NCBI GenBank assembly: GCA_964649615.1
Contig: CAZYPW010000007.1
Span: 8,734-72,733, forward strand
Direction: 5' to 3'
Source of the DNA: an uncultured Gammaproteobacteria bacterium
GTDB taxonomy: Bacteria; Patescibacteriota; Microgenomatia; Daviesbacterales; UBA10151
DNA: 64,000 bases
Under the pieces are notes generated by a model. The model did not search any database, was not told the DNA's origin, and was given only the letters and a program-made list of their open reading frames with translations. Made by a program: the position numbers and the translations under genes. Positions 22,558-31,458 of this stretch are shown here, one piece after another; position 1 is the first letter of the stretch; the number at the start of each line of letters is the position of its first letter.

Positions 22558-23084
22558 TGAAAATTGTACTTTTTGGCCCACAAGGTTCAGGAAAATCTAC
22601 TCAAGGCAAGGAGTTAGCGCAACATTTGAATATTCCTTATTTGAGTACTGGTGATATTTTTAGAAATTTGCCTGAAGATAGTGAAGAGGGAAAAAGAATA
22701 AAACAGATTTTAGCTGAGGGAAAATTAGTAGATGATCAAACCACAGTTGAAATAGTCAAAAATAAATTATCAGAACAAAAGTTTAAAGATGATTTTATCT
22801 TGGATGGATACCCAAGAACTTTGGAGCAACTAAATAGCTTTGACCCACAATTTGACAAAGTGGTTTATCTTAAGGTGCCCAAAGAAGAGTTGATACAAAG
22901 GTTGCTACAAAGGGGTAGGGCAGATGATACTCTTGAGATAATTAATACCAGACTTGACCATTATTTTAATCAAACAGAGCCGCTTTTAGATCATTTTAGG
23001 CAACAAGGGATTTTAGAAGAAATTGATGGCCTAGGCAGTATTGAGAAGATCCAGGATAATCTCAAAAGTAGTTTTGCAAAATGA
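22554..23084 (+). CDS. adk: Adenylate kinase (short, LID-less type)
   Basis: [29 protein letters not shown]. Confidence 0.96.
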   Translation: MMKIVLFGPQGSGKSTQGKELAQHLNIPYLSTGDIFRNLPEDSEEGKRIKQILAEGKLVDDQTTVEIVKNKLSEQKFKDDFILDGYPRTLEQLNSFDPQFDKVVYLKVPKEELIQRLLQRGRADDTLEIINTRLDHYFNQTEPLLDHFRQQGILEEIDGLGSIEKIQDNLKSSFAK

Positions 23085-23839
23085 GTAAGATAAGAAACTC
23101 TTACGAATTAAAGCTAATGAGAGAAAGCGGAAAGATCGCTGCTATAGCTTTAAAAAGGGCAATTGATGCTGTTAAGGTAGGGGTTTCAGAATTGGAGATA
23201 GATGAGATTGCCCAAAGGCAAATTTATAAATTAGGAGGGGATTTATCATACAAAAGCGTACCAGGCTATAAATTTGCCACTTGTATCACTGTGAATGACC
23301 AAGTTGTTCATGGGATACCAACAGATAGAAAATTTGTTGAGGGTGATTTTATCTCTGTTGATTTAGCAGTGAATTTTAAGGGTTGGCATACAGATTGTGC
23401 TTGGTCAAAACTATTAGGCCAAGATGCAGAGAAAGAAAGGTTTCTAGAAGCAGGAGAGAGAGCTTTATGGAAAGGGATTGAGCAAGCAGTTGATGGCAAT
23501 AGAATTGGAGATATATCTTTTGCAATTCAGAGCACAGTTGAGGGGGCAGGTTACAGCGTAGTTAGAAGTTTAGTTGGGCATGGAGTAGGGCAGAATCTGC
23601 ACGAGGAACCTGAGATTCCAGGCTATGGCAAAAAGGGGACAGGTTCAATTTTAAAGTCAGGCATGACTTTGGCTATTGAGGTAATTTATACTAAAAGCAG
23701 CTCAGATGTTATTTTGGATAAAGATGGGTGGACTTATAATTCAGCTGACGCCTCTTGGGGGGCAGTTTATGAGATGAGTGTGGTTGTAGGAAGAGAGAAA
23801 GCTGAAGTTTTAACTAGCATACAATCCTATGGGTTGTAA
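23081..23839 (+). CDS. map: Methionine aminopeptidase type I
   Basis: VVHGIP, GHGVGQNLHEEP, LAIE. Confidence 0.97.
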   Translation: MSKIRNSYELKLMRESGKIAAIALKRAIDAVKVGVSELEIDEIAQRQIYKLGGDLSYKSVPGYKFATCITVNDQVVHGIPTDRKFVEGDFISVDLAVNFKGWHTDCAWSKLLGQDAEKERFLEAGERALWKGIEQAVDGNRIGDISFAIQSTVEGAGYSVVRSLVGHGVGQNLHEEPEIPGYGKKGTGSILKSGMTLAIEVIYTKSSSDVILDKDGWTYNSADASWGAVYEMSVVVGREKAEVLTSIQSYGL

Positions 23840-23883
23840 ATTGAAGCTAGATTTGTTAAGATAATTTGCTTGGACTGATACTT

Positions 23884-24126
23884 ATGGCAAAAGATGTTCT
23901 TGAGGTTGAAGGTAAAGTAGTTGAGGTTTTACCAAACACCTTATTTAGAGTTAGTATTGAAAGATGTGATGATTTGCCTGAGCTTTTGGGCAGAGTAATT
24001 TTATGCCATATATCAGGTAAGATGAGGATGCACTATATTAGGCTCTTGGAAGGAGATAGAGTTAGGATTGAAATGAGCCCAAAATATGACTTGGACAAAG
24101 GAAGGATAACGTTTAGACTCAAATAG
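23884..24126 (+). CDS. infA: Translation initiation factor IF-1
   Basis: [32 protein letters not shown]. Confidence 0.98.
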   Translation: MAKDVLEVEGKVVEVLPNTLFRVSIERCDDLPELLGRVILCHISGKMRMHYIRLLEGDRVRIEMSPKYDLDKGRITFRLK

Positions 24127-24194
24127 CGATGAGTTATTAGTTGGTAGTTCGTAGAAAAAATCTATGAACTATAAACTATAAACTATGAACTAAT
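24124..24194. repeat. Inverted 7-mer tandem arrays (infA-rpmJ spacer)
   Basis: gagttat tagttgg tagttcg tag followed by ctatgaa ctataaa ctataaa ctatgaa ctaa. Confidence 0.8.
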
Positions 24195-24195
24195 T

Positions 24196-24312
24196 ATGAA
24201 AGTATTAGCCAGTATTAAAAAAAGATGTAAATTTTGCAAAGTGGTTAAAAGAGAGGGTATTTTGTATATAATATGCCCACGTGAAGTAAGGCACAAACAA
24301 AGGCAGGGATAA
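24196..24312 (+). CDS. rpmJ: 50S ribosomal protein L36 (38 aa, not in ORF track)
   Basis: Translated by hand: [38 protein letters not shown]. Confidence 0.97.
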   Translation: MKVLASIKKRCKFCKVVKREGILYIICPREVRHKQRQG

Positions 24313-24315
24313 TTT

Positions 24316-24735
24316 ATGGCAAGAATAGCTGGTGTTGATTTACCGGAAAATAAAAGAGTTGATATTGGTTTAACCTATATATATGGTATAGGCCGTTCAA
24401 ATGTGATTTCAGCCATTAAAGTTGCTAATGTTGATGCTGGAAAGAGAATAAAGGATTTAACAGATGATGAGATAGGAAGGTTACAAAAGGCAATTGAAAA
24501 AATTAAAGTTGAAGGAGATTTAAGGCAAGAGGTTGAGCAAAATATCAGAAGGTTAGAAGACATTGGTAGTTATAGGGGGCTGCGGCATAGAAAAAATTTA
24601 CCCTCCCGCGGCCAAAGGACACGTTCAAATGCCAGAACAAAAAGAGGCAAGAGGAAGACAATTGGGGCAATGAAAAAAGAAGACCAAACAAAGGTAACTA
24701 CCGGAAAGGAAGCAAGCAGTGATACAAAAAGGTAG
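24316..24735 (+). CDS. rpsM: 30S ribosomal protein S13
   Basis: [30 protein letters not shown]. Confidence 0.99.
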   Translation: MARIAGVDLPENKRVDIGLTYIYGIGRSNVISAIKVANVDAGKRIKDLTDDEIGRLQKAIEKIKVEGDLRQEVEQNIRRLEDIGSYRGLRHRKNLPSRGQRTRSNARTKRGKRKTIGAMKKEDQTKVTTGKEASSDTKR

Positions 24736-25111
24736 GCAGATTAAAATTCAAAAAGAAGACAGAAAAATCACTCAAGGTAGGGTGTATGTGACTGCTACTT
24801 TTAACAATACTATAGTTACTCTAACAGATAGTGCGGGAAATACTCTAGCTTGGGGTTCTTCCGGCGCTTCAGGTTTTAAGGGTGCAAGAAGAGCTACACC
24901 TTTTGCTGCCATTTCTGCTATGGAGCAGGTGGCCCAAAAAGCTAAAGCTTTAGGAATGGCTACTTGTGAAATTTTTATTAAAGGGCCAGGCAGCGGGCGT
25001 GATGCAACCATTAAAGCTTTAAGGGGAGCCGGTATCAATATCACTATGATTGCAGATATTACCCCTATTCCTCACAATGGCCCAAGAGCTAAGAAAAGGA
25101 GAAGAGTCTAA
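24719..25111 (+). CDS. rpsK: 30S ribosomal protein S11
   Basis: [26 protein letters not shown]. Confidence 0.99.
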   Translation: MIQKGRQIKIQKEDRKITQGRVYVTATFNNTIVTLTDSAGNTLAWGSSGASGFKGARRATPFAAISAMEQVAQKAKALGMATCEIFIKGPGSGRDATIKALRGAGINITMIADITPIPHNGPRAKKRRRV

Positions 25112-25714
25112 ATGGGAAGGTATACTGGTCCAAAAAGGAGATTATCAAGGAGAGAAGGCTTGCCACTTTTTGCAAAAGATGTTAAATCTTTAGAGAGAAA
25201 AGGAATAATACCTCCAGGCCAACATGGGTTAAAAAGTAGAAGAAGAATTTCAGAATATGGTATCCAGCTTCGGGAGAAACAAAAGGCAAAAAGATTTTAT
25301 GGTTTGATGGAGAGGCAATTTAAAAAATATGTAGATTTAGCATCTAAAGTTAAAGGTTCAACAGGGTTGGCGCTACTACATTTTTTGGAGAGTAGGTTGG
25401 ATAATATAGTATATAGGTTAGGTTTCGCGTCAAGTAGGGCAGGTGCAAGGCAAATAGTCTCGCACGGACACATTTTGGTAGATGGTAAGAAAGTTAATAT
25501 CCCCTCATATCAGATGAAAATTGGACAAACACTTGCAATCTCTTCCAAATTATTGGATAATACACAGGTTAAAAAGAGTTTGGATAATCAAGAAACCTTG
25601 CCAGAGTGGCTGGAAAGAAAAGCTACAGTAGGCAAGGTTTTAAGAATGCCAGAGCGTTCTGAGATGGAACAAGCTATTGATGAACAATTAATTGTAGAGT
25701 ATTATTCAAGGTAA
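25112..25714 (+). CDS. rpsD: 30S ribosomal protein S4
   Basis: [27 protein letters not shown]. Confidence 0.99.
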   Translation: MGRYTGPKRRLSRREGLPLFAKDVKSLERKGIIPPGQHGLKSRRRISEYGIQLREKQKAKRFYGLMERQFKKYVDLASKVKGSTGLALLHFLESRLDNIVYRLGFASSRAGARQIVSHGHILVDGKKVNIPSYQMKIGQTLAISSKLLDNTQVKKSLDNQETLPEWLERKATVGKVLRMPERSEMEQAIDEQLIVEYYSR

Positions 25715-25718
25715 AAAA

Positions 25719-26627
25719 ATGGTATTTAAAGTTAAAGTAGAAAAAGAAGCAGAAAATTTTGCCCAGTTGGCAATTGAGCCTTTAGAGGCAGGATTTGGCC
25801 ATACCTTGGGAAATAGCTTAAGAAGAATATTACTTACTTCTTTAGAAGGAGGAGCAATTATAAGTGTAAAAATTGATGGTGTGGCTCATCAATTTTCCAC
25901 CATAGATGGGGTACTGGAGGATATGATAGAAATCATTCTTAATATTAAAAAGATCAGAGTAAGAGTGCATTCTGATAAAGAAGCTAAGTTATCAATTAAA
26001 GCATCGGGCAAAAAAGAGATCAAAGCAGGAGATTTTGAGGTGGAGGGAGATGTAGAAATTGCTAACCCAAAGCAGCATATTGCCACTTTAACAGACAGCA
26101 AGTCTAAGTTAAATATGGAATTGACTGTTTCCAAAGGTAGGGGTTACTCTTTGGCAGAAGAAAGAAAAATGAGTGAAATTGGAGTTATTTCAATTGATGC
26201 ACTTTTTACTCCAGTTGCAGCAGTTAACTATACTGTTGAACCAACTAGGGTAGGAAGAAGCACAGATTTTGATAAATTAAATTTAGAGATTACCACTGAT
26301 GGAACTGTTACTCCTCAGGAGGCTTTGAATGAGGCTGCAAAAATCCTTTCTGAAACATTTAAAAGAATATATGAGCCAGTGGTGGAACAGGAAGCCGAAG
26401 AAACTGAGCCTAAAATTTCTGAGGAAGTTTTAAAGATGACTGTTGAGGAATTGGATCTTCCTGTCAGAATCACTAATGCCCTAAGGGCCATTGAAATAAA
26501 TGTTATTGAAGAACTAATCGCTGTGCCAAGGCAGCAGCTTCTTAAAGCCAAAAACTTGGGCACAAAATCCTTAAGCTTAATTTCTGAGAAGCTGACGGAG
26601 AGGGGGTTGTCTTTGAGTGAGACATAG
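25719..26627 (+). CDS. rpoA: RNA polymerase alpha subunit
   Basis: EPLEAGFGHTLGNSLRRILL, IDALFTPV, alpha-CTD NLGTKS. Confidence 0.99.
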   Translation: MVFKVKVEKEAENFAQLAIEPLEAGFGHTLGNSLRRILLTSLEGGAIISVKIDGVAHQFSTIDGVLEDMIEIILNIKKIRVRVHSDKEAKLSIKASGKKEIKAGDFEVEGDVEIANPKQHIATLTDSKSKLNMELTVSKGRGYSLAEERKMSEIGVISIDALFTPVAAVNYTVEPTRVGRSTDFDKLNLEITTDGTVTPQEALNEAAKILSETFKRIYEPVVEQEAEETEPKISEEVLKMTVEELDLPVRITNALRAIEINVIEELIAVPRQQLLKAKNLGTKSLSLISEKLTERGLSLSET

Positions 26628-27165
26628 GGTATATGGCAAAAAACTTGGGTTACACAAAGATCAACGGGATGTACTATTCAAAAGTTTAGTGTACCATCTT
26701 TTCTCCTACGGGACTATCCAAACATCAGAAACAAAAGCCAAAGCCATTAAGGGTTTGGTAGATAAGATCATCAATTTAGCCAAAAGCAAAAATTCACGAA
26801 GATTGGTTCAAAGCTATTTTAATAATAAGCTGCTTGAGGAGAGGTTAACAAAAGAACTTTTACCAAAATTGCAAAGTAGAAGATCTGGTTATACCTCACT
26901 GGTAAGATTAGGTAAAAGGTTAGGGGATAATAGTATGATGGTCAGAATGAGTTTGATTGGAGTTGGAGAGTTAAGACCAGTTAAGAAGCAGTTATCAGTT
27001 CTCAGTGGTCAGTTGTCAGATAGAGGTTCATCAGTTGCCAGTAAACCAGATAAACAGAAAACTGGAAAACTAAATTCCGAAAACAGAAAACCGAAAACTG
27101 ATAACAGGGGAAAAGCAGCCTCTTCAAAGACTAAGACAATAGCTAAAAGGAGGACATCTAAGTGA
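26617..27165 (+). CDS. rplQ: 50S ribosomal protein L17 (repeat-derived tail)
   Basis: MRHRVYGKKLG, TSETKAKA, RRSGYT, RLGDN. Confidence 0.98.
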   Translation: MRHRVYGKKLGLHKDQRDVLFKSLVYHLFSYGTIQTSETKAKAIKGLVDKIINLAKSKNSRRLVQSYFNNKLLEERLTKELLPKLQSRRSGYTSLVRLGKRLGDNSMMVRMSLIGVGELRPVKKQLSVLSGQLSDRGSSVASKPDKQKTGKLNSENRKPKTDNRGKAASSKTKTIAKRRTSK

Positions 27166-27581
27166 GTACAAATGCTTTATCATCAAAAGATATTAAAAGG
27201 CAGTGGCATTTGATTGATGCCAAGGATAAAATATTGGGAAGGCTGGCAACAGAGGTGGCAACAATTTTAATGGGTAAGAATAAACCCCAGTATGTTAGCT
27301 ATCTTGATAGCGGTGATTATGTAGTAGTTAAAAATGCAGCATATATAAAAGTTACAGGCAAAAAACTGCACAAAAAAAAATATATAAGGCACTCAGGCTA
27401 TCCTGGCGGGTTGAAAACTGAAACGCTGGATAAGTTATTAGCTAAAAAGCCAGAGAGAGTAATTGAGCACGCAGTTTCAGGCATGCTGCCAAATACTAAA
27501 TTAGGAAAACAAATGATTAAAAAATTAAAAATATTTGCAGAAGAGAAGCATTCCTATCAAAAACAATTAGGAGAGAGTTAA
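27162..27581 (+). CDS. rplM: 50S ribosomal protein L13
   Basis: WHLIDA, LGRLA, HSGYPGGLK, VSGMLP. Confidence 0.99.
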   Translation: MSTNALSSKDIKRQWHLIDAKDKILGRLATEVATILMGKNKPQYVSYLDSGDYVVVKNAAYIKVTGKKLHKKKYIRHSGYPGGLKTETLDKLLAKKPERVIEHAVSGMLPNTKLGKQMIKKLKIFAEEKHSYQKQLGES

Positions 27582-27582
27582 T

Positions 27583-27999
27583 ATGGAAGAAAGTAATGAA
27601 AAGAAAGCCTCTAAAACAGTTACTTCAGTAGGTAGAAGAAAAGAGGCAATTTCAAGGGTTAGATTGATAGAAGGTAATGGCCAGGTAGTTGTAAATGGTA
27701 AACCAATATCGCAGTATTTTACTGGAGCTATTTTCCAAAAACTCTATAGCAAACCTTTGGAGTTAACTAAAACTATTGGTAAATATTCTGTTTCTGTAAA
27801 AGTTGAAGGAGGAGGAAAGGTCTCTCAACTTGGAGCAGTGATTCACGGAATTTCTAGGGCTCTTTCAAAACAAAATCCCGATTTTAGAACTTTACTAAAA
27901 AGAGAAGGATTATTAACAAGGGATGCAAGAGTTAAAGAGAGAAGAAAATTTGGCCATGCAGGAAAAGCCAGAGCGAAGAAGCAGTCACCAAAGAGATAG
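27583..27999 (+). CDS. rpsI: 30S ribosomal protein S9
   Basis: GRRKEA, GGGKVSQ, LTRDARVKERRK, QSPKR. Confidence 0.99.
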   Translation: MEESNEKKASKTVTSVGRRKEAISRVRLIEGNGQVVVNGKPISQYFTGAIFQKLYSKPLELTKTIGKYSVSVKVEGGGKVSQLGAVIHGISRALSKQNPDFRTLLKREGLLTRDARVKERRKFGHAGKARAKKQSPKR

Positions 28000-28022
28000 T
28001 TTGTGTTAGAATATTTATTTAA

Positions 28023-29432
28023 ATGAGTAATGTTCCTCCAGAGAAGATTTTTAAAAGCTATGATATCAGAGGCGTATACCCTGAAGAAATAAATGAAGAA
28101 TTTGCTATTCCTATCACCAGAGCAATTTATAAACTAATACTAGATCAATTAAATTCTGTGGGTCCTTTAACTGTAGCTGTGGGGCGTGATATGAGACTAT
28201 CCTCCCCTGCCCTATTTGAAAATGTTACTAAAACATTAATTAAGTTAGGTGCTAAAGTAATAGATTTAGGAATTGTTTCTACCCCCACCTTTTATTATGC
28301 AGTTTTTAAAGGGGGGTTAGATGGAGGTGTACAGATTACTGCTTCCCATAATCCCAAAGAATATAACGGCATAAAAATAGTTAGAAAATCTCCTACAGGT
28401 TTAGTCAAGATTGGTAAATCTACTGGCATGGATGATATTAAGAAAATGGCAATTGAAGGAATAGATCTACCAAAAGTAGATGGTGGATCTATTACCAAAA
28501 AGATGGGAGTAGTTGTGGAGGAAGTAGAAAATGCTTTAAGGATTGCCGGAAACCCAATCTTAAATTCCTATAAAGTTGTGGCTGATGCTGCTAATGCTTT
28601 GGGGGCTTTATATATTGAGGAGTTATTTAAACATATCCCCGGTGAATTAATAAAGATGAATTTTGAACTGGATGGAACTTTTCCTGCACATCAGGCAGAT
28701 CCTTTGCAAAAAGAAACTTTAGTTGATTTGCAAAAAAGAGTAGTTAAAGAGGGTGCTGATTTAGGGTTGGCTCCGGATGGGGACGGAGATAGACTATTTT
28801 TTATTGATGAAAAAGGTCAAATTGTACAGCCATCTTTTATTACAGCACTTGTGGCCAGAGAACTTTTGAAAAAACATAAAGGCGAAACAATTTTAGCAGA
28901 GATCCGTTATATCTTAACTCCTAAAAGGATTGTAGAAGAATTGGGGGGAACATTTGTTATTACCAAGGTAGGCCATGCTTTTATTACAGAACAACTTCAT
29001 AAAACTAAAGGAATATTTGCAGGTGAATCATCAGGACATTATTTCTTTAGGGAAACAGGCAATGCTGAGTCTCAACTGCCAGTTATTTTGACAGTTTTAA
29101 AAGTTATGACAGAGGAAGGTAAAAAATTATCAGAAATAGTAGAAGATTTAAGGAGATCTCATGAGTCAGGGGAGTTTAATTTTAGAGTGAAAAACACCCC
29201 GGAGGTTTTAGCAGCTATAAAAAAAGAGTTCTCTGATGGGCAAATAGATGAATTAGATGGAGTGGCCATCTCATATACAGATTGGAGACTGTCTTTAAGA
29301 TCTTCTAATACAGAACCATTACTAAGGTTAAATGTAGAAGCTGATGTTGGTACCTCTCTGGAGGATAAAAAACAAAAAGTAATAGATTTAATTAAAAAGC
29401 ATGCCATCTTAGAAGATGGTAGTGGTCATTAG
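28023..29432 (+). CDS. Phosphomannomutase/phosphoglucomutase
   Basis: FKSYDIRG, ITASHNP phosphoserine motif, DGDGDR, GESSGH, RSSNTEP. Confidence 0.95.
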   Translation: MSNVPPEKIFKSYDIRGVYPEEINEEFAIPITRAIYKLILDQLNSVGPLTVAVGRDMRLSSPALFENVTKTLIKLGAKVIDLGIVSTPTFYYAVFKGGLDGGVQITASHNPKEYNGIKIVRKSPTGLVKIGKSTGMDDIKKMAIEGIDLPKVDGGSITKKMGVVVEEVENALRIAGNPILNSYKVVADAANALGALYIEELFKHIPGELIKMNFELDGTFPAHQADPLQKETLVDLQKRVVKEGADLGLAPDGDGDRLFFIDEKGQIVQPSFITALVARELLKKHKGETILAEIRYILTPKRIVEELGGTFVITKVGHAFITEQLHKTKGIFAGESSGHYFFRETGNAESQLPVILTVLKVMTEEGKKLSEIVEDLRRSHESGEFNFRVKNTPEVLAAIKKEFSDGQIDELDGVAISYTDWRLSLRSSNTEPLLRLNVEADVGTSLEDKKQKVIDLIKKHAILEDGSGH

Positions 29433-29471
29433 GTACTTGTAAAAAATATTTAAATATGATTTAATATTTTT

Positions 29472-29549
29472 GCATCAAGAGTTCATGTACCATACGGTAC
29501 GTGACGGCAACCGGAAAGAACGGTGCCAAATCCTTAGAGAGGAAGATGC
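29472..29549 (+). ncRNA. SAM-I clan riboswitch aptamer (P2 simplified)
   Basis: gcatc-aagag ... ggcaacc ... ggtgccaaatcc ... gaagatgc core matches the SAM-I consensus; upstream of metK; followed by a terminator. Confidence 0.85.
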
Positions 29550-29577
29550 GTCCTGAGAAAAGTCGAAGGAAAACTTT

Positions 29578-29603
29578 AAGCCTCTCGAGTGAGAGGTTTT
29601 TTT
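29578..29603 (+). terminator. Riboswitch expression-platform terminator
   Basis: aagcctctc-gagt-gagagg-ttttttt; the 5' arm cctctc can alternatively pair with gagagg at 29537-29542. Confidence 0.85.
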
Positions 29604-29604
29604 A

Positions 29605-29701
29605 ATCGGACTGAAGTAAAAAACAATTATAATTTTCTTAAATTGTTTTTTGCAAGGGAGATCGCTTGCAAAAATTGCGAATAAGCAATTTTTGACAAGG
29701 G
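29605..29701 (-). repeat. ~97-bp dispersed structured element, copy 2 (inverted relative to copy 1)
   Basis: atcggactgaag-[stem]-agggagatcgcttgcaaaaa-[hairpin]-tttttgacaaggg = reverse complement of the blocks at 5399-5496. Confidence 0.85.
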
Positions 29702-29708
29702 AAAAAAC

Positions 29709-30824
29709 ATGATTAAGACTAATGGTATAACAACATTTACATCAGAATCAGTTTGTGCTGGCCATCCGGATAAAATCTGCGACCAGATTTCTGATGCTAT
29801 TTTAGATGCGGTTTTATCCCAAGATCCTCAAGGCAGAACAGCCATCGAATGTTTGGCTGGAAACAACAGACTGATTATTGCAGGAGAGGTAGGGGCAAAA
29901 GCGAAAGTAGATTTTAAAAAAATTGCCAGAGACCAAATTAAAAGGTTGGGTTACACTGATCCTAAATTTAACTTTTCAGATAAATCCCCTATTGAAGTTT
30001 TTGTCCATGAGCAATCTCCGGAAATTGCAGTGGGAGTAAAGAAAAAAGGTGCAGGTGATCAGGGTATGATGTTTGGATATGCCTGCAGGGAAACAACTGC
30101 TTTAATGCCGCTGCCTATTATGATGGCACACTCTTTGACCAAAAGAATGGATACTGTCAGGGAAGAAAATATTGTCAAATACTTAAGGCCGGATGGAAAG
30201 TCTCAGGTGACTATAGAATATAGAAATGGTAAACCAGATAAAGTATTGCAGGTTGTGATAGCGGTGCCCCATAAAGAAACTGTTAACTTAGATGAAGTGA
30301 GAGAAGATGTCTATAATTTTATAGTTGTGCCGGTTTTGGAAATGTATGGATATAAAATTAAGAAAAAGGATTTAATTGTTAATGGTACAGGAATCTGGCA
30401 CAATGGCGGGCCGGCATCTGATTGCGGTTTAACTGGTAGGAAAATTGTAGTTGATACATATGGAGGATATGCCAGAGTGGGTGGTGGAGCATTTTCCGGG
30501 AAAGAACCGTCAAAAGTGGATAGGGGCGGAGCATATGCTGCCAGATTTTTGGCTAAAAATATTGTGGCAGAGGGTTTAGCAGAAAAAGCAGAAGTGAGAC
30601 TGGCATATTTTATCGGGGCTAAAAAACCCACTATGGAAGATGTGGAAACTTTTGGCACTAACAAAAAGAGCCATAAAGTAATAATCTCTTTTATGAATAA
30701 GATTTTAGATACATCTGTTTCAGGAATTTTGCAGGGATTGGATTTACAAAGACCAATTTATTTACCAACTGCTGCATATGGTCACTTTGGCCGTGAAGAA
30801 TTCCCCTGGGAAAGAATAGTTTAA
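29709..30824 (+). CDS. metK: S-adenosylmethionine synthetase
   Basis: FTSESVCAGHPDKICDQISD, GAGDQG, GLTGRKIVVDTYGG, AYGHFGR. Confidence 0.98.
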   Translation: MIKTNGITTFTSESVCAGHPDKICDQISDAILDAVLSQDPQGRTAIECLAGNNRLIIAGEVGAKAKVDFKKIARDQIKRLGYTDPKFNFSDKSPIEVFVHEQSPEIAVGVKKKGAGDQGMMFGYACRETTALMPLPIMMAHSLTKRMDTVREENIVKYLRPDGKSQVTIEYRNGKPDKVLQVVIAVPHKETVNLDEVREDVYNFIVVPVLEMYGYKIKKKDLIVNGTGIWHNGGPASDCGLTGRKIVVDTYGGYARVGGGAFSGKEPSKVDRGGAYAARFLAKNIVAEGLAEKAEVRLAYFIGAKKPTMEDVETFGTNKKSHKVIISFMNKILDTSVSGILQGLDLQRPIYLPTAAYGHFGREEFPWERIV

Positions 30825-30830
30825 TTCTTC

Positions 30831-30864
30831 TGTCATTGCGAGCCCCGAAGGGGCGTGGCAATCT
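30831..30864 (+). repeat. REP-like palindromic element
   Basis: tgtcattgcga-gcccc-gaa-ggggc-gtggcaatct directly after the metK stop. Confidence 0.65.
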
Positions 30865-30888
30865 TTATTTTGCTATAATTTCATTTAC

Positions 30889-31458
30889 ATGAGTAATTTT
30901 AAAGACTTTTATCATTATAAAGGCGCTGAGTTAACACCTTCTGAAAAGGTGGAAAGAAAAGTTATAGAAATTTTGCTTAACTCACAACTTCCTGATAGCC
31001 AAAGAGAAAGTTCTATTGTCTGGGAAATAAAACACTCTTCAGGTTGTGTACAAATTGCCAGAGTTTTAGCTCAAAAAAGAAACCTCGATGCTGATATTGC
31101 TGCAACAGCATCACTACTTCATGATATCTATGTAATTGTGGAAGGAAAATATAAAGATCATGCAAAACTCGGTGCACCGATAGCTGAAAAAATTCTGAGA
31201 GAAATAGGTGGATTTTCAGATGGGGAAATAAAAACAATAACTGATGCGGTCGCACACCATAGTGAAAAAGAAGTGTATACGGATAATCCTTATATAGAAA
31301 TAGTTAAAGATGTTGATGTGTTTGACTGCTCATTTTATAAAAATGCTGAAGGGTATTACAGATTACATAAAAGTGGAGAAATTGTTAGAGAGTATGAGAA
31401 TAGAATTAAAAAGGTGAGAGAAGAATTCAATCTGCCTCCTGACCCAATTTTCAGATGA
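30889..31458 (+). CDS. HD-domain phosphohydrolase
   Basis: IKHS...LLHDI...DHAKLG...AHHS...DVD metal-binding pattern. Confidence 0.88.
   Translation: MSNFKDFYHYKGAELTPSEKVERKVIEILLNSQLPDSQRESSIVWEIKHSSGCVQIARVLAQKRNLDADIAATASLLHDIYVIVEGKYKDHAKLGAPIAEKILREIGGFSDGEIKTITDAVAHHSEKEVYTDNPYIEIVKDVDVFDCSFYKNAEGYYRLHKSGEIVREYENRIKKVREEFNLPPDPIFR

Noticed and set aside
616-26563. Numerous 60-200 aa antisense or alternate-frame ORFs over rpoBC, fusA, tuf and r-protein genes
   Set aside because: Shadows of highly conserved genes with no independent coding signal
29605-29701. Hammerhead ribozyme reading of the dispersed element (CTGAAG next to a stem)
   Set aside because: Lacks the CUGANGA...GAAA core in both copies
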